IMG/VR virus record: IMGVR_UViG_3300022539_000112 | Location: 1-48,430 of that record | Reading direction: 5' to 3' (one strand) | DNA length: 48,430 nucleotides | DNA from: a virus | Taxonomy: Duplodnaviria > Caudoviricetes | In this document: positions 8,118 through 18,212 of the stretch, piece by piece | Position numbering within the stretch: position 1 is the first letter of the stretch | Layout of the letters: every line of letters starts with the position of its first letter | Program-made: the position numbers and the translations under genes | Notes under the pieces: model-generated | The model's database searches: none | Seen by the model: only the letters and a program-made list of their open reading frames with translations | What the model was told of the DNA's origin: nothing

Positions 8118-8883
8118 CCAAAAACCATTATCCGGTGATTTGATAGATTATGGCCATCCTTTAAGTCAAGGTCTTGTCGGTCTCTGGCTGATGAATGAAG
8201 GCTCAGGCAATAAAGTCTTTGATTTGAGCGGGAATGGAAATATAGGGACGTTTGTAAATAGTCCAATTTGGAAAGTGGGTAAGCATGGCTATGCTATAGA
8301 TTTCGTCTCAGCCAGTGACCAATATATAGATTTAGGTGTTGATGTAAGTATCCTAAAACCACAGACAATATCTGTTTCTGCCATTTTTAAGGCTGATTTA
8401 TTAACTGGAATAAGGGGTATCGTTGATGGCACAGATAGCGATGGTGATGATGGGTATATCTTAGCTTCAAATGGAACAGCACTTAACTTTTATATTGACG
8501 ATGGTGGTTTCAAAATTGCCACGGGAACTATTGCTGCTGGTATATGGTATCATGCTATAGGTACTTTTGATGGGGTGACAGTAAAATTATACATTAACGG
8601 AGTTTTACAGGCGACTACAGCAGGGGCGACAAAGGTGGATTATGGCATCTCAAGACATTTTATCGGTAGATACCTTAATGCAAGTTATGATTGGGATGGT
8701 TTAATCGATTCTGTATCTATCTACAACCGGGTCTTATCTGCTTCTGAGGCCGCCTTACTCCAAGAGCCTTTTTGTATGGTAAGGACGAGAAGGAGGAGGA
8801 TAATTACAGAAGAGATTGCGGGAGTACCTCCCACCACATTTCCATATTATTATAGAGAAATTGCAAGTAGGAGAATTGCTTAA
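8110..8883 (+). CDS. LamG/concanavalin A-like lectin domain protein
   Basis: GLVGLWLMNEGSG..DLSGNGN, WYHAIGTFDG..KLYING, IDSVSIYNRVLS. Confidence 0.9.
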   Translation: MYNQKPLSGDLIDYGHPLSQGLVGLWLMNEGSGNKVFDLSGNGNIGTFVNSPIWKVGKHGYAIDFVSASDQYIDLGVDVSILKPQTISVSAIFKADLLTGIRGIVDGTDSDGDDGYILASNGTALNFYIDDGGFKIATGTIAAGIWYHAIGTFDGVTVKLYINGVLQATTAGATKVDYGISRHFIGRYLNASYDWDGLIDSVSIYNRVLSASEAALLQEPFCMVRTRRRRIITEEIAGVPPTTFPYYYREIASRRIA

Positions 8884-10283
8884 TGGCTATACTTGCCCAA
8901 CAATCTGAAGCAACGGCGGCATTAAGGAGAATGTACTTTCATTGTGTAGATGCCGCAGATGGCCTTGCCGCCGAAGTCGGAGAAGCCGGTGGTCAGCCCC
9001 AGTTTTCAGTAAACGGCGGTGCTTGGGGTAATAGCACTAACGTATTAGTGGCCATAGGCAACGGTCGTTATTACGTAGAACCTACTGCGTTAGAGTTAGG
9101 TACTTTAGGGACATTAGAAGGAAGGTACAAGTCGGCTGCTACGGCCGAATCAATCGGTACAACATTACAGGTAGTTGCCTGGGACCCTTACTTGGCTACG
9201 CAACCTGTGAATATGACCCAAATCGGAGGTGACTCTGTGGCGGGCAATGCAGCCACCCTTACCTTGAAACAGTTGGATATTCAGAACAATGGCGGTGACG
9301 CCCTGATATGTCATTCTACTGGTGGTGGTGGTGACGGGGCATCGTTCTTAGGTGAAGCCGGCGGTCATGGAATCCTTAGCACAGGCGGCGGTACTAATGG
9401 GGATGGAATGAAATTAGTCGGCGGCGCTACTAATAGTCACGGGCTGGAGACTACGGGCGCCGGGACGGGTAGTGGAATTACTACAACGGGAGGAGCGACC
9501 GGTCATGGCGTACATTCGTTAGGTGGCGGCACAAGCGGCGATGGCATTAAGTCCGAAGCTCAGCTCGAAGGTGACGGTATTTATGCTCTTGCTAAGGGCA
9601 CGGACGAACATGGTATCTTAGCTGTTGGCGGAGATACTTCCGGCAATGGCATTCATGCTAAGGCTGCGACTGATGGTGTTGGCATTTCAGGGACGGGAGT
9701 AGGTGACAGGGATGGAATACTTGCAACCGGTTCGGGCACAGGTGATGGTCTTGCCTGCATAGCTGGGGCGACAGGAAGCGGCCTCGAATGTTCTGCTACC
9801 GATGGTGATGGTATAAAATCCACAGGTGCAACTAACGGCAGTGGAATGAAACTTACCGGCGCCGGTACGGGCGAGGGAATAACTTTAGCGGGTGCTGATA
9901 CCGGTAAGGGCGGCTCTATCAATATGGCACTCAATACTACTCTTGCCGTTCGTACTTCAGAAACAATCTTTACCTTGAACGCCGGTTCTGGAACAAACGC
10001 TTATACCAATATGGTTTGTGCCGTCTATGATGTTTCCGGCAAAGATTGGGAATGCAGGAAAATAAACAGTTACGTCGGTGCATCGAAGACCATAACGGTC
10101 AATGCTGCATATACGTTTGTTGTAGCGGCGAATGATTTAGTGAGAATATTCCAAAATGCTTATAACCTAAGTGGTACGGGAGCAACCGCCGCTCAGGTAT
10201 GGGCTCTTGATGTTTCAGGTAATGTAACGCAAGGGCAAGCAGGTAATTATCAGACAAAAATAGGCGGTGGCAGATATGGATAA
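8883..10283 (+). CDS. Gly-rich repeat tail fibre/spike-like protein
   Basis: Long run of ~11-12 aa G-x-G-hydrophobic repeats. Confidence 0.7.
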   Translation: MAILAQQSEATAALRRMYFHCVDAADGLAAEVGEAGGQPQFSVNGGAWGNSTNVLVAIGNGRYYVEPTALELGTLGTLEGRYKSAATAESIGTTLQVVAWDPYLATQPVNMTQIGGDSVAGNAATLTLKQLDIQNNGGDALICHSTGGGGDGASFLGEAGGHGILSTGGGTNGDGMKLVGGATNSHGLETTGAGTGSGITTTGGATGHGVHSLGGGTSGDGIKSEAQLEGDGIYALAKGTDEHGILAVGGDTSGNGIHAKAATDGVGISGTGVGDRDGILATGSGTGDGLACIAGATGSGLECSATDGDGIKSTGATNGSGMKLTGAGTGEGITLAGADTGKGGSINMALNTTLAVRTSETIFTLNAGSGTNAYTNMVCAVYDVSGKDWECRKINSYVGASKTITVNAAYTFVVAANDLVRIFQNAYNLSGTGATAAQVWALDVSGNVTQGQAGNYQTKIGGGRYG

Positions 10284-10533
10284 ATATGAATTGAAGTGGG
10301 TCGAATGGTGTCATTCCTGCGGTCACGGTTTTAAGGTGGACGCAGAGAATGTTCAAGCATCGACAAGTACGGGTGTGGTTGGCTTGATAGGTAAGTTACT
10401 GAGACGAAAGCCCAAAGTTGTTACCGAAAATATCAGGCCGGAATCTTCACCTTGTCCCGTCTGCGGCAGTCCTGACAATGTAACCGTAATTATATTACAG
10501 AGAGATAAAGTTGGAGAATTGCCTGATATTTAG
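10267..10533 (+). CDS. zinc-ribbon hypothetical protein
   Basis: CHSCG ... CPVCGS. Confidence 0.65.
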   Translation: MADMDKYELKWVEWCHSCGHGFKVDAENVQASTSTGVVGLIGKLLRRKPKVVTENIRPESSPCPVCGSPDNVTVIILQRDKVGELPDI

Positions 10534-10699
10534 TTTAGGCTTGCTGGCTGGTGCTATATTGGTTCGTTACGGTATTGGTTTAGGTACAAAAATTGTCGAG
10601 CGCACGAAAGAGGAATTGCCGGTTTTCGGTAAGGATGCTGAACCGGTAGAACAATCTCATACAGGCGATAATGAGGTAGAAGAAAATGACGAGAGATAG
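10511..10699 (+). CDS. small membrane protein
   Basis: N-terminal hydrophobic helix, acidic tail. Confidence 0.55.
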   Translation: MENCLIFSLGLLAGAILVRYGIGLGTKIVERTKEELPVFGKDAEPVEQSHTGDNEVEENDER

Positions 10700-10970
10700 A
10701 TATGATGCAGGTTACTTAGAAGCTTCAGCGACTTGGAATCCAGCTTCCTTAACTGCAAGTCCCTGCGATGTAACCGACCAAACCATAACCGTAGCAGGTG
10801 CAAAGTTAGGAGATTTTGCACAAGCAAGTTTTAGTCTTGATGTAAGCGATGTCATTTTAGATGCTAATGTTACTGCTGCAAATACGGTAACGGTAACAAT
10901 ATCTTATACGGGAGATGTCACTAAAGACTTGGCGTCAGGAACTTTAAGAGTAAGAGTATTTCCATTTTAA
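10686..10970 (+). CDS. small virion beta-sandwich protein (fibre-tip/decoration-like)
   Basis: ASATWNPASL..TITVAGAKLGDF..ANVTAANTVTV motif seen in phage fibre C-termini. Confidence 0.75.
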   Translation: MTRDRYDAGYLEASATWNPASLTASPCDVTDQTITVAGAKLGDFAQASFSLDVSDVILDANVTAANTVTVTISYTGDVTKDLASGTLRVRVFPF

Positions 10971-10981
10971 GGAGTTAAATA

Positions 10982-11503
10982 ATGTTACACACATATCAAG
11001 GTAGTTATGTATTATTGGCTGAAGCTTCTCAGGACATTTCCGGTTTTGACGGCACATCGCCAGGACTTACTTCACATTGGCACGATTTACCTGCCAATAG
11101 ACCAGCGGGCGAATCACCGAATATCCGAGATGATACCCAAGGCACTATACAGGTAGGCGAGGAAGCTAACGGTTGTGTTATTATTGCCGCTTGTGTTTCC
11201 ACTGCTACAGAAGATAAGAATGGTGCTTTTGAACTCTGGGGGTGGGGCGAAATGGGGCCAGCCGAATACATAGCGGATATTTCTTGTACCACTGGTCTTA
11301 ATTTTATCAACGATTCTACTACAGCACTATATGTTGATACGATGGTAATTGATACTCAGTATCACGTCAAGACTCTTTCGGTAAAAGACAGTGCCAACAA
11401 CAGGATATGCAAACTCCATTTTGACATAGCTGGTCTCAAGTATCTTTCCTGTAGATGGTATGATATTACAGGTAAATGGGAGTCGTATATAAGGGTTTAC
11501 TAA
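10982..11503 (+). CDS. putative virion structural protein
   Basis: AAGGAG RBS, beta-rich composition. Confidence 0.75.
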   Translation: MLHTYQGSYVLLAEASQDISGFDGTSPGLTSHWHDLPANRPAGESPNIRDDTQGTIQVGEEANGCVIIAACVSTATEDKNGAFELWGWGEMGPAEYIADISCTTGLNFINDSTTALYVDTMVIDTQYHVKTLSVKDSANNRICKLHFDIAGLKYLSCRWYDITGKWESYIRVY

Positions 11504-13683
11504 TGTCTGACGTTTTAGGCGACAAAAAAGCAAGTCCGGGCAAAGGCGAAGATGACTTTCTTGCCCAGTTGAGAACTGAAGAAGAGTACGGAATGAAAAT
11601 CACCGGCTCTTGGGCTTCGATGTGGCAGGAGTCTCTGCGGTACTTCTTTAGCGACCAGCTTCACGGCAAGAAAAGCCATAAAGACTGGGACTGGATAATA
11701 GTAAACTATATATGGCCGTCTGCCATACAGGAAATCTGCAAGCTGGCCAAGAACTATCCGAGGATTTTAGCTCATCCCTGGGAAGATAGCGATACTGATG
11801 CTGCCGAAACCTGGCAGTCTGCTTTACAGTGGATTTGGGAAAAAGGACTTAGAAAGGGTGGGATGCGGTTAGAGCAGATAAAAGCCTGTCTATGCGGGAA
11901 GATTTTCGGGTATAGAATATCCAAGATTTATTGGGAGGACAAGCCAGACGGAGCCTGGGACGATACCAAGAAGGAATGGATAGGTGATGTAAAACATCGC
12001 TTGTGGCATCCAGCCGAGTTTTGGGCTTCCGACAGGGAATATATAGATGAAGGCAATTGTGGTACGGTCAGGTATGTAGAATTGGAATGGGCTATAAATC
12101 AATGGCCTGATTACAAAACAGAATTGACGGCAAACGCTACGAGTCATAAGGCGGCTGTCCATAAAGGCGGCAAGGTAATTCGGGGACAGGTATCAAGCGC
12201 AGGAACATATCCCGCTTCCGGCAGGGGTGGTATTGATAAAGGAATGGGTACTAATGACCCATCGGCGTTACTTGAGCTCATACTTCAATCGGACAAAATG
12301 AGCGGCCAACAGTCGGCGCGTGAAGAGGAAAGAGAATTCGTCAAGATAAGTGAACAGTATCGAAAGAACTACGAAACTAAGAATGAAAAGCTCGAAGAAG
12401 ATATACCTCCACAAGAACTCATACAACAGGGTTTGATAATTCCTGATAACGGTCAATTTCTCGACGCTAAGACAAATCAACCAATAGCTGCCGAGAGTTG
12501 GCCGAGAAGGACAGTTAAGGAATGGAAACAGCCCAAATATCCTCACGGTCAGCGTATTATAAGAAATGAAGATACGATTCTAAATCCAGACGACCAAGTG
12601 TATCCATATTCGAGATGGCCGTTTATCGTGACTCCTCATTATTTACTTCCGTTTATGTGGCAGGGCGTGGATGCGGTTCAACTTTATAAATCCAATCAGG
12701 ATATGATAAATGTCACCGTGAGCCATCTCGTCAATAATATGAAGAAGTTCGGCGACCCAAGGGTACTTCTTGAGAATGGCGCAATGGCCATAAACCCCAA
12801 GACGAGAAAGGCATTCAAGGTATTTTCCGGCGCCGGTTCTATTATACGTCTCGTCAAAGGCGCGATAGGCCGCAAGGCATTTTCAATCGTGCCGCCAGTC
12901 CCGATAGGCGGTGGTGCTCTTCAACTATATCAATTATTCTCGCAAGAGTACAAAAACCTTACGGGCTTGCAGGATATTTCTCAAGGCAAGAAGCCGCCAG
13001 GCGAGATGTCGGCCACCGAATCGCAGTATCTCGCCCTTTCCTCGAATGACAGGATTTACTTACAAAGCGTTTTTGAGGACGAATGGGTGCGCCAAATAGC
13101 TACTCTTGTAGCTGAAATATGCCAAGACAAGTATGACTTAGAAAGGCTTATTAGAATAGTTGGCGAAGATAAAGTAATAGGTTCTCAACAGATTGACCAA
13201 GGGATGAAAGATGTCCGAATGGACATAGATGTAGAGCCTGGCGTAAATCTTCCTTTCGACCCAGAGAAAAAAGAGGCCAAATATGAAAAGGCTTATGCAA
13301 TGCTGGCCCAGCCGATGGTCAATGTAATGATTCCTGAAATGTTGAGGTTGTATGAGATTTCCAACTGGCAGAAGATTTTACAAAAACATCAGGCGTGGCA
13401 GTTATTCTTTAAGTTCAACCAATTATACCAAGCTGTGAAAGAACAGAAGATTTTGCCCGAACAGGCAATTAAAATGATAGTTCAAGCCGCAAGACAACAG
13501 TTTGCCCAAGACCAGCAATCCATAGAGGGTATAGAGGCGAGGAATACCGAAAAAGGCGACTTCGATAAGAAGCAACTAAATATCGATCGTCAGCAGGGCA
13601 AGCTTGATATAGACGAAACGATATTTAGCTTAGAAGTGAAAGCTGAAAAAGAAAAAGAAACTAAGCAGAAAAAGGATAAATAA
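11503..13683 (+). CDS. portal protein (P22-like)
   Basis: ~725 aa, position before scaffold and capsid; YPYSRWPF, QDMINV, TGLQDISQG, SATE motifs; start taken at TAATG overlap. Confidence 0.9.
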   Translation: MSDVLGDKKASPGKGEDDFLAQLRTEEEYGMKITGSWASMWQESLRYFFSDQLHGKKSHKDWDWIIVNYIWPSAIQEICKLAKNYPRILAHPWEDSDTDAAETWQSALQWIWEKGLRKGGMRLEQIKACLCGKIFGYRISKIYWEDKPDGAWDDTKKEWIGDVKHRLWHPAEFWASDREYIDEGNCGTVRYVELEWAINQWPDYKTELTANATSHKAAVHKGGKVIRGQVSSAGTYPASGRGGIDKGMGTNDPSALLELILQSDKMSGQQSAREEEREFVKISEQYRKNYETKNEKLEEDIPPQELIQQGLIIPDNGQFLDAKTNQPIAAESWPRRTVKEWKQPKYPHGQRIIRNEDTILNPDDQVYPYSRWPFIVTPHYLLPFMWQGVDAVQLYKSNQDMINVTVSHLVNNMKKFGDPRVLLENGAMAINPKTRKAFKVFSGAGSIIRLVKGAIGRKAFSIVPPVPIGGGALQLYQLFSQEYKNLTGLQDISQGKKPPGEMSATESQYLALSSNDRIYLQSVFEDEWVRQIATLVAEICQDKYDLERLIRIVGEDKVIGSQQIDQGMKDVRMDIDVEPGVNLPFDPEKKEAKYEKAYAMLAQPMVNVMIPEMLRLYEISNWQKILQKHQAWQLFFKFNQLYQAVKEQKILPEQAIKMIVQAARQQFAQDQQSIEGIEARNTEKGDFDKKQLNIDRQQGKLDIDETIFSLEVKAEKEKETKQKKDK

Positions 13684-13757
13684 TGCCGTGTCCGTGGAAA
13701 AAGAAAAAAGGTAAGAAAAAAAGAAAACATGGTTGGGCGGCAGGAATGAAAAAATGA
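13683..13757 (+). CDS. tiny basic peptide (24 aa)
   Basis: MPCPWKKKKGKKKRKHGWAAGMKK, TAATG-coupled to portal stop. Confidence 0.4.
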   Translation: MPCPWKKKKGKKKRKHGWAAGMKK

Positions 13758-13880
13758 CTAAGATTATTGTCTGTTGTGGGGGCCGAAAGGACAAGAGCCA
13801 ATAGGAAATTCACAACAGTTAACAGAATTTGAAAGAAAGAGACTATGTGCTCAAAATGATTTTCAAAGGAGATGTCGGAA

Positions 13881-14630
13881 ATGGATAAAACACCAGAAGA
13901 ATTAGCTGAAGAAAAGAAGGCCGCTGACGAAGCGGCAAAGGCCGAAGAGACCAAGAAGTGGGACGAGCATAAGCAAGAGCTTGACCAGGCTAAATCTGTT
14001 GCAAACAAGGCGAGGTTAGAGGCGCAAGAGAATGCAGAAGCACTTGAAGAAGCAAACGCCAGAATCGCCGAGATGCAAAAAGCAGTGGACGCCAATAAAG
14101 AGGTTGTTCAGGACAAGAAAGACCAGCTTGCCGCTATGGACACTGACTTGGTTGACAAAGGCGTTGTCAGCAATATCACCAGACTGGAAGACAAGATTAA
14201 AAAGCAGGAAGTTCAGATAAAAAAGGCTTCCGAGAGAAGTGCTAAAATCGAAGTCAAAGAGCAGGAACGCCAGAATGCTTTGGCTGTGGAAAGAATGAAA
14301 CAAGAGATTCTTTCCGACTGTGATAAGGAGTTCGGTTCCAAGTATCGCAATGACGCTTATAAACTTGCTGATAGTCTTGTGGATAGTGGCGAAGAGAAAC
14401 AACCTAAGACGCAGTTCGCAGGCTACAAGCTGATGCGCAAATGCTACAAGCAGATTAAAGACGAAGCTGAGGCCAAAGAAAAAGAAAAGGCTGATAAAGA
14501 AAAAAAATCCGCTCCGACAGATAGTGGTTCAGGTGGGTTCTCTCATACCAAGACTAAACGAAAGTCTGGTTCAATGAAAGAGGTACTCGCCGATATGAAG
14601 AAAGATACGTCTTGGAAAACTGAGACGTAA
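13881..14630 (+). CDS. capsid scaffolding protein
   Basis: Charged coiled coil between portal and capsid; start at 13881 fits AAGGAG spacing better than 13872. Confidence 0.8.
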   Translation: MDKTPEELAEEKKAADEAAKAEETKKWDEHKQELDQAKSVANKARLEAQENAEALEEANARIAEMQKAVDANKEVVQDKKDQLAAMDTDLVDKGVVSNITRLEDKIKKQEVQIKKASERSAKIEVKEQERQNALAVERMKQEILSDCDKEFGSKYRNDAYKLADSLVDSGEEKQPKTQFAGYKLMRKCYKQIKDEAEAKEKEKADKEKKSAPTDSGSGGFSHTKTKRKSGSMKEVLADMKKDTSWKTET

Positions 14631-14652
14631 ACTATTTGTAAGGAATTAAATT

Positions 14653-15687
14653 ATGAGTACAGCAGATGTTACTAAAGCAACGAGGGAACTTTTCGATAGG
14701 ACTCTCGTTGACCAAGTTAGAATGCGAGTTCCTTTTCTTGAGGCGTTGGAGCGAAATGGCGGCGTAAAGTCAACCTTCAAGGGTGGTAAGTATATCGAGA
14801 AACTTATCGATACTGATACCATTGAATCTCTCGTTCAGGAATACACCGTCAATACAGCGTTGGTTGATGCCAAGAAAACGACTTTGGAGAAACCAAGGTT
14901 TACGTGGAAATACGCTACGCTACCGCTTCGGTACGATGTTGATGAAGAAGTTCAGAACGCCAACGCGGGCAATGAAGAGCAGTTGCTTGACTTGCCGGAA
15001 CATATGGTAACAAAATCCCACAGAGATTTAAGAAAATGGATGGAAGCCAAGATGTTCAATATCGGCAGTGCGACCGGAGTAGCTGACGGCGCTACATCCT
15101 TTCAGTCTTTGGTGTCCGCTCTGGATGTTGACGTTACCTATGGTACGATTACCAGGACGGCGGCGAGTAATATAGCCGACTACTGGCAGGGTGCCGACCC
15201 TTCAGGTTTGTGGTCGGGTATAACGGCGGGAACCCAAGGGACGGCGGTCAATATGACTTGCTCCAATATCCGTAAATGGGTAAACGAAAGTGATATTGCT
15301 CATTATATGGACGGTGCAGACGACCTAATGATTTTGATGTGTCCGACTTTGTGGAACAAGTTAGCTGCCGAGATGGAGTCTAAGCTGATTTACAAGCCTG
15401 GCCTCAAGCAATCTCAGGGTATTCGCAGTATGATTTTCGATAGTCACGAAATCGTCAGCGTTCCTTATCTCCAGACTACCAGCGAAATGAAGGCGTGGGT
15501 TTTTATTCTCAATCTTCGCCACTGGGAATGGAGAATGTGGAACAAGAGAGATTTCAAGTTCACCGGTTTCAAATGGCAGGGTGAAAATTCCAACGGTTAC
15601 GACTACTGGCTTGCCAGAGTTATGATGGTTGGAAACTTCTTCTGTTGGAAACCGAATAGCAGCATGTGGTTAAGCAATGTATCATAA
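14653..15687 (+). CDS. major capsid protein (HK97 fold)
   Basis: 344 aa after scaffold; LVDQV...PFL, GG..I, PRFTWKY pattern. Confidence 0.9.
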   Translation: MSTADVTKATRELFDRTLVDQVRMRVPFLEALERNGGVKSTFKGGKYIEKLIDTDTIESLVQEYTVNTALVDAKKTTLEKPRFTWKYATLPLRYDVDEEVQNANAGNEEQLLDLPEHMVTKSHRDLRKWMEAKMFNIGSATGVADGATSFQSLVSALDVDVTYGTITRTAASNIADYWQGADPSGLWSGITAGTQGTAVNMTCSNIRKWVNESDIAHYMDGADDLMILMCPTLWNKLAAEMESKLIYKPGLKQSQGIRSMIFDSHEIVSVPYLQTTSEMKAWVFILNLRHWEWRMWNKRDFKFTGFKWQGENSNGYDYWLARVMMVGNFFCWKPNSSMWLSNVS

Positions 15688-15701
15688 AGGACTTATGTAA
15701 A

Positions 15702-16139
15702 ATGCAAGAATTACAATTACAGACTAAAGTATGTTCAAGTTGTTGTACAAGAAAGCTGTTTAGTGATTTTTCTAAGCGCAAAGAAACCAAAGATGGTTTG
15801 CATTATGTTTGTAAACAATGTGCAAATGAACGTAGAAGAGAACGTAGAAAACAGCCAGATTATCTAAAAAACGAAACTCTTAAGCGAGATTTTGGTATTT
15901 CTTTGGAAGATTTCAAACAAATGCTTCTTGAACAAAAGGGTGTTTGTGCGATTTGTGGTCAACCGGAAATAGCAACATATAAGGGCAAATTAAGGCACTT
16001 ATCTGTTGACCACGACCATAAAACGGGACAAATACGGAGTTTGTTATGTAACGATTGCAATAGTGCTTTAGGTTTTTTCAAAGACAACATTAAAGTCCTT
16101 AAGAATGCAGCGAAATATTTAACGTTGCACAAGATGTAA
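15702..16139 (+). CDS. endonuclease VII-family (HNH-like) homing endonuclease
   Basis: EQKGVCAICG, LSVDHDHKTGQIRSLLCNDCNSALG; N-terminal Zn finger. Confidence 0.92.
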   Translation: MQELQLQTKVCSSCCTRKLFSDFSKRKETKDGLHYVCKQCANERRRERRKQPDYLKNETLKRDFGISLEDFKQMLLEQKGVCAICGQPEIATYKGKLRHLSVDHDHKTGQIRSLLCNDCNSALGFFKDNIKVLKNAAKYLTLHKM

Positions 16140-16165
16140 ATTAAGCTTTTTTAAGGAGTATAAAA

Positions 16166-16840
16166 ATGGCTGGAATAGATGGTAAAAATGTAATAATGAT
16201 TGATTCGTGGCCCGGCCCGGTTGACTACCACATGAGCACTCCCACCAACGGGTTTGACTCTACGAAAGAAGGTAGCGGCAACTGTGTTACCGAGCCACTG
16301 TTTCGACCTGGCCAAAAGATAGCAGCGTATAACGATGCTACGACAAATTCAGGATGGTACACTTGTATCTATCTGAGATTTGTTGAAGGCTCGGATTTAG
16401 CTTACGACGCCGACCCCGATCCCAGTAGTGGTCATGGTTTGGTCTGTCACCTTCAGGATATGACAGAGCACGACCCTGAGACCTTACTTGCATGGTGGAA
16501 TGTTTCTTCGGATACCACGAATACTTGCGGTACGTTAGCTACACCAGTCGCTATGGCGATGCGTACTTTTTGTGGCGGCACAGATAGTACGGCAGGTGGC
16601 AGAAGTCCGGAATATGGTTGGTATTGGTGCGGTGGGGTATGTCCGTGTAATACCTTGAATGCGGCTGGTACAACGGATTACACCAAAACTGGTGGAAACT
16701 ATCCCACTGACGGTTCTGTTGTCATTAACAACTATATGGTTATTCAGGACAACGGCTCAAACTGTCTGAGATTTTCGAATTGGGACGGCACTTTGCCGGA
16801 GAATTTCCCGCAAGCGTGGGCAATGGCCACCGATGCGTAA
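16166..16840 (+). CDS. capsid decoration-like protein, paralog 1
   Basis: Shares DxWPG, GFD, GxKI, GWYWCGGVxP, TDG with the next three genes; strong RBS. Confidence 0.7.
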   Translation: MAGIDGKNVIMIDSWPGPVDYHMSTPTNGFDSTKEGSGNCVTEPLFRPGQKIAAYNDATTNSGWYTCIYLRFVEGSDLAYDADPDPSSGHGLVCHLQDMTEHDPETLLAWWNVSSDTTNTCGTLATPVAMAMRTFCGGTDSTAGGRSPEYGWYWCGGVCPCNTLNAAGTTDYTKTGGNYPTDGSVVINNYMVIQDNGSNCLRFSNWDGTLPENFPQAWAMATDA

Positions 16841-16893
16841 TACTCAGAATGCTGAGTAGAATGTAAATTAACTCTATTTTAAGGAGTACAAAT

Positions 16894-17493
16894 ATGGCAG
16901 CTTTAGGAGCAGAAGAATTTTTCTTGTTCGACACAATGCCAGGGTTAATAAACCCGAATATGAGCAAGCCGGTAAACGGTTTTGACAGTACGCATAGCAA
17001 CAATACTACTACTGCGGTTTATGTGCCTGGTACGAAGATAATGTCTTACCAGGAAGTCAGCACTACGGTTGCAGGCGCTCGCACTGCAAACATAGGGAGT
17101 TATGCTTGCATATATGCAAAGTATGTTTGTTCTACGACTGCACAGGATGTTTCCGCAGGGGACATAATGGTTCAATATTGTGGCAGTGCTGGTGTAAGGC
17201 CATTTGCTGTTACAAGGGAAGTAACCGCAAGTAATGGTAAACAACAGAATGCGTCGTGTGCCATTGCGTGTGCCGATATAACGCCGAATGCCTTTGGTTG
17301 GTATTGGTGTGCTGGTGTTTGTCCACAGACAGACGTAACCGCTTTAGACCAATCCACTTTTGTTACGGACACCTCTGTTGCAGCGGGTGAGGCTATGTGG
17401 ATAACCGTAGGTGCAAGCCACGCAACTTTATCCGGTACTGATGTTGCTGTTTCCGAACTGATAATCGGGAAAGCTTATGCTGATGACGCGTAA
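16894..17493 (+). CDS. capsid decoration-like protein, paralog 2
   Basis: Same motif set. Confidence 0.7.
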   Translation: MAALGAEEFFLFDTMPGLINPNMSKPVNGFDSTHSNNTTTAVYVPGTKIMSYQEVSTTVAGARTANIGSYACIYAKYVCSTTAQDVSAGDIMVQYCGSAGVRPFAVTREVTASNGKQQNASCAIACADITPNAFGWYWCAGVCPQTDVTALDQSTFVTDTSVAAGEAMWITVGASHATLSGTDVAVSELIIGKAYADDA

Positions 17494-17546
17494 TGACACA
17501 TAAGATTGTGTCTTAACAATAATTCTCTTTTTTAAGGAGATTAAAA

Positions 17547-18197
17547 ATGGCTGATATATTTTTACGGGACGTAATTATTTACGACCTTTGGCCAGGTACA
17601 CCAGACCCTAATTTGAGTTGTCCTACTGTTGGTTTTGATGATAGCGCTCAATGCTCGTCAACTCCGGTCTGGCCGTTGGGCACTAAGATTCAGGCATACA
17701 ATGACTCGACTTATGGCCCAGGCTATTACACGATGATTTACCTGCTATATGTCGAGACTTCTGACAATGCCGTCGATATTGGCGACCCATCGACAGGGTA
17801 CAACGCCTGTTTCCACGTTCAGGACGCTTGCGGTAATACGCCAGGCTCGGTAGTAGATTACTGGTACATGGTCACGAATGATGTGTCTAATAGTGATGCT
17901 ACTCAGGGCGGGGCAATAGCTTTTGCCGCCTATGATTTGTCAGGTCTTGCCCCCGATACGGAAACTAACGAATGCGGCTGGTTCTGGTGCGGGGGAGTTA
18001 ATCCTTGTATTACTACAACTGGATTCAAGGATTGTACTCGTCTTGCCGGTGAAATTAGAACTGACGGTTCTGTTCAGCAAGGCGTGTATTTTGGTGTATT
18101 AGGTGACGGAACAGAATGTGCCGCACTTGCGGGTTATGACAATTCAACCAATAACGTAGCTGCAATAGTTGGGTATGCCCTTGTTGCTGACGGTTAA
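17547..18197 (+). CDS. capsid decoration-like protein, paralog 3
   Basis: Same motif set; closest to paralog 4. Confidence 0.7.
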   Translation: MADIFLRDVIIYDLWPGTPDPNLSCPTVGFDDSAQCSSTPVWPLGTKIQAYNDSTYGPGYYTMIYLLYVETSDNAVDIGDPSTGYNACFHVQDACGNTPGSVVDYWYMVTNDVSNSDATQGGAIAFAAYDLSGLAPDTETNECGWFWCGGVNPCITTTGFKDCTRLAGEIRTDGSVQQGVYFGVLGDGTECAALAGYDNSTNNVAAIVGYALVADG

Positions 18198-18212
18198 AGA
18201 AAGGAGTAAATT

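Noticed and set aside
9290-9915. Collagen-like repeat
   Set aside because: Gly spacing is not strict G-x-y; the period is about 11-12 aa
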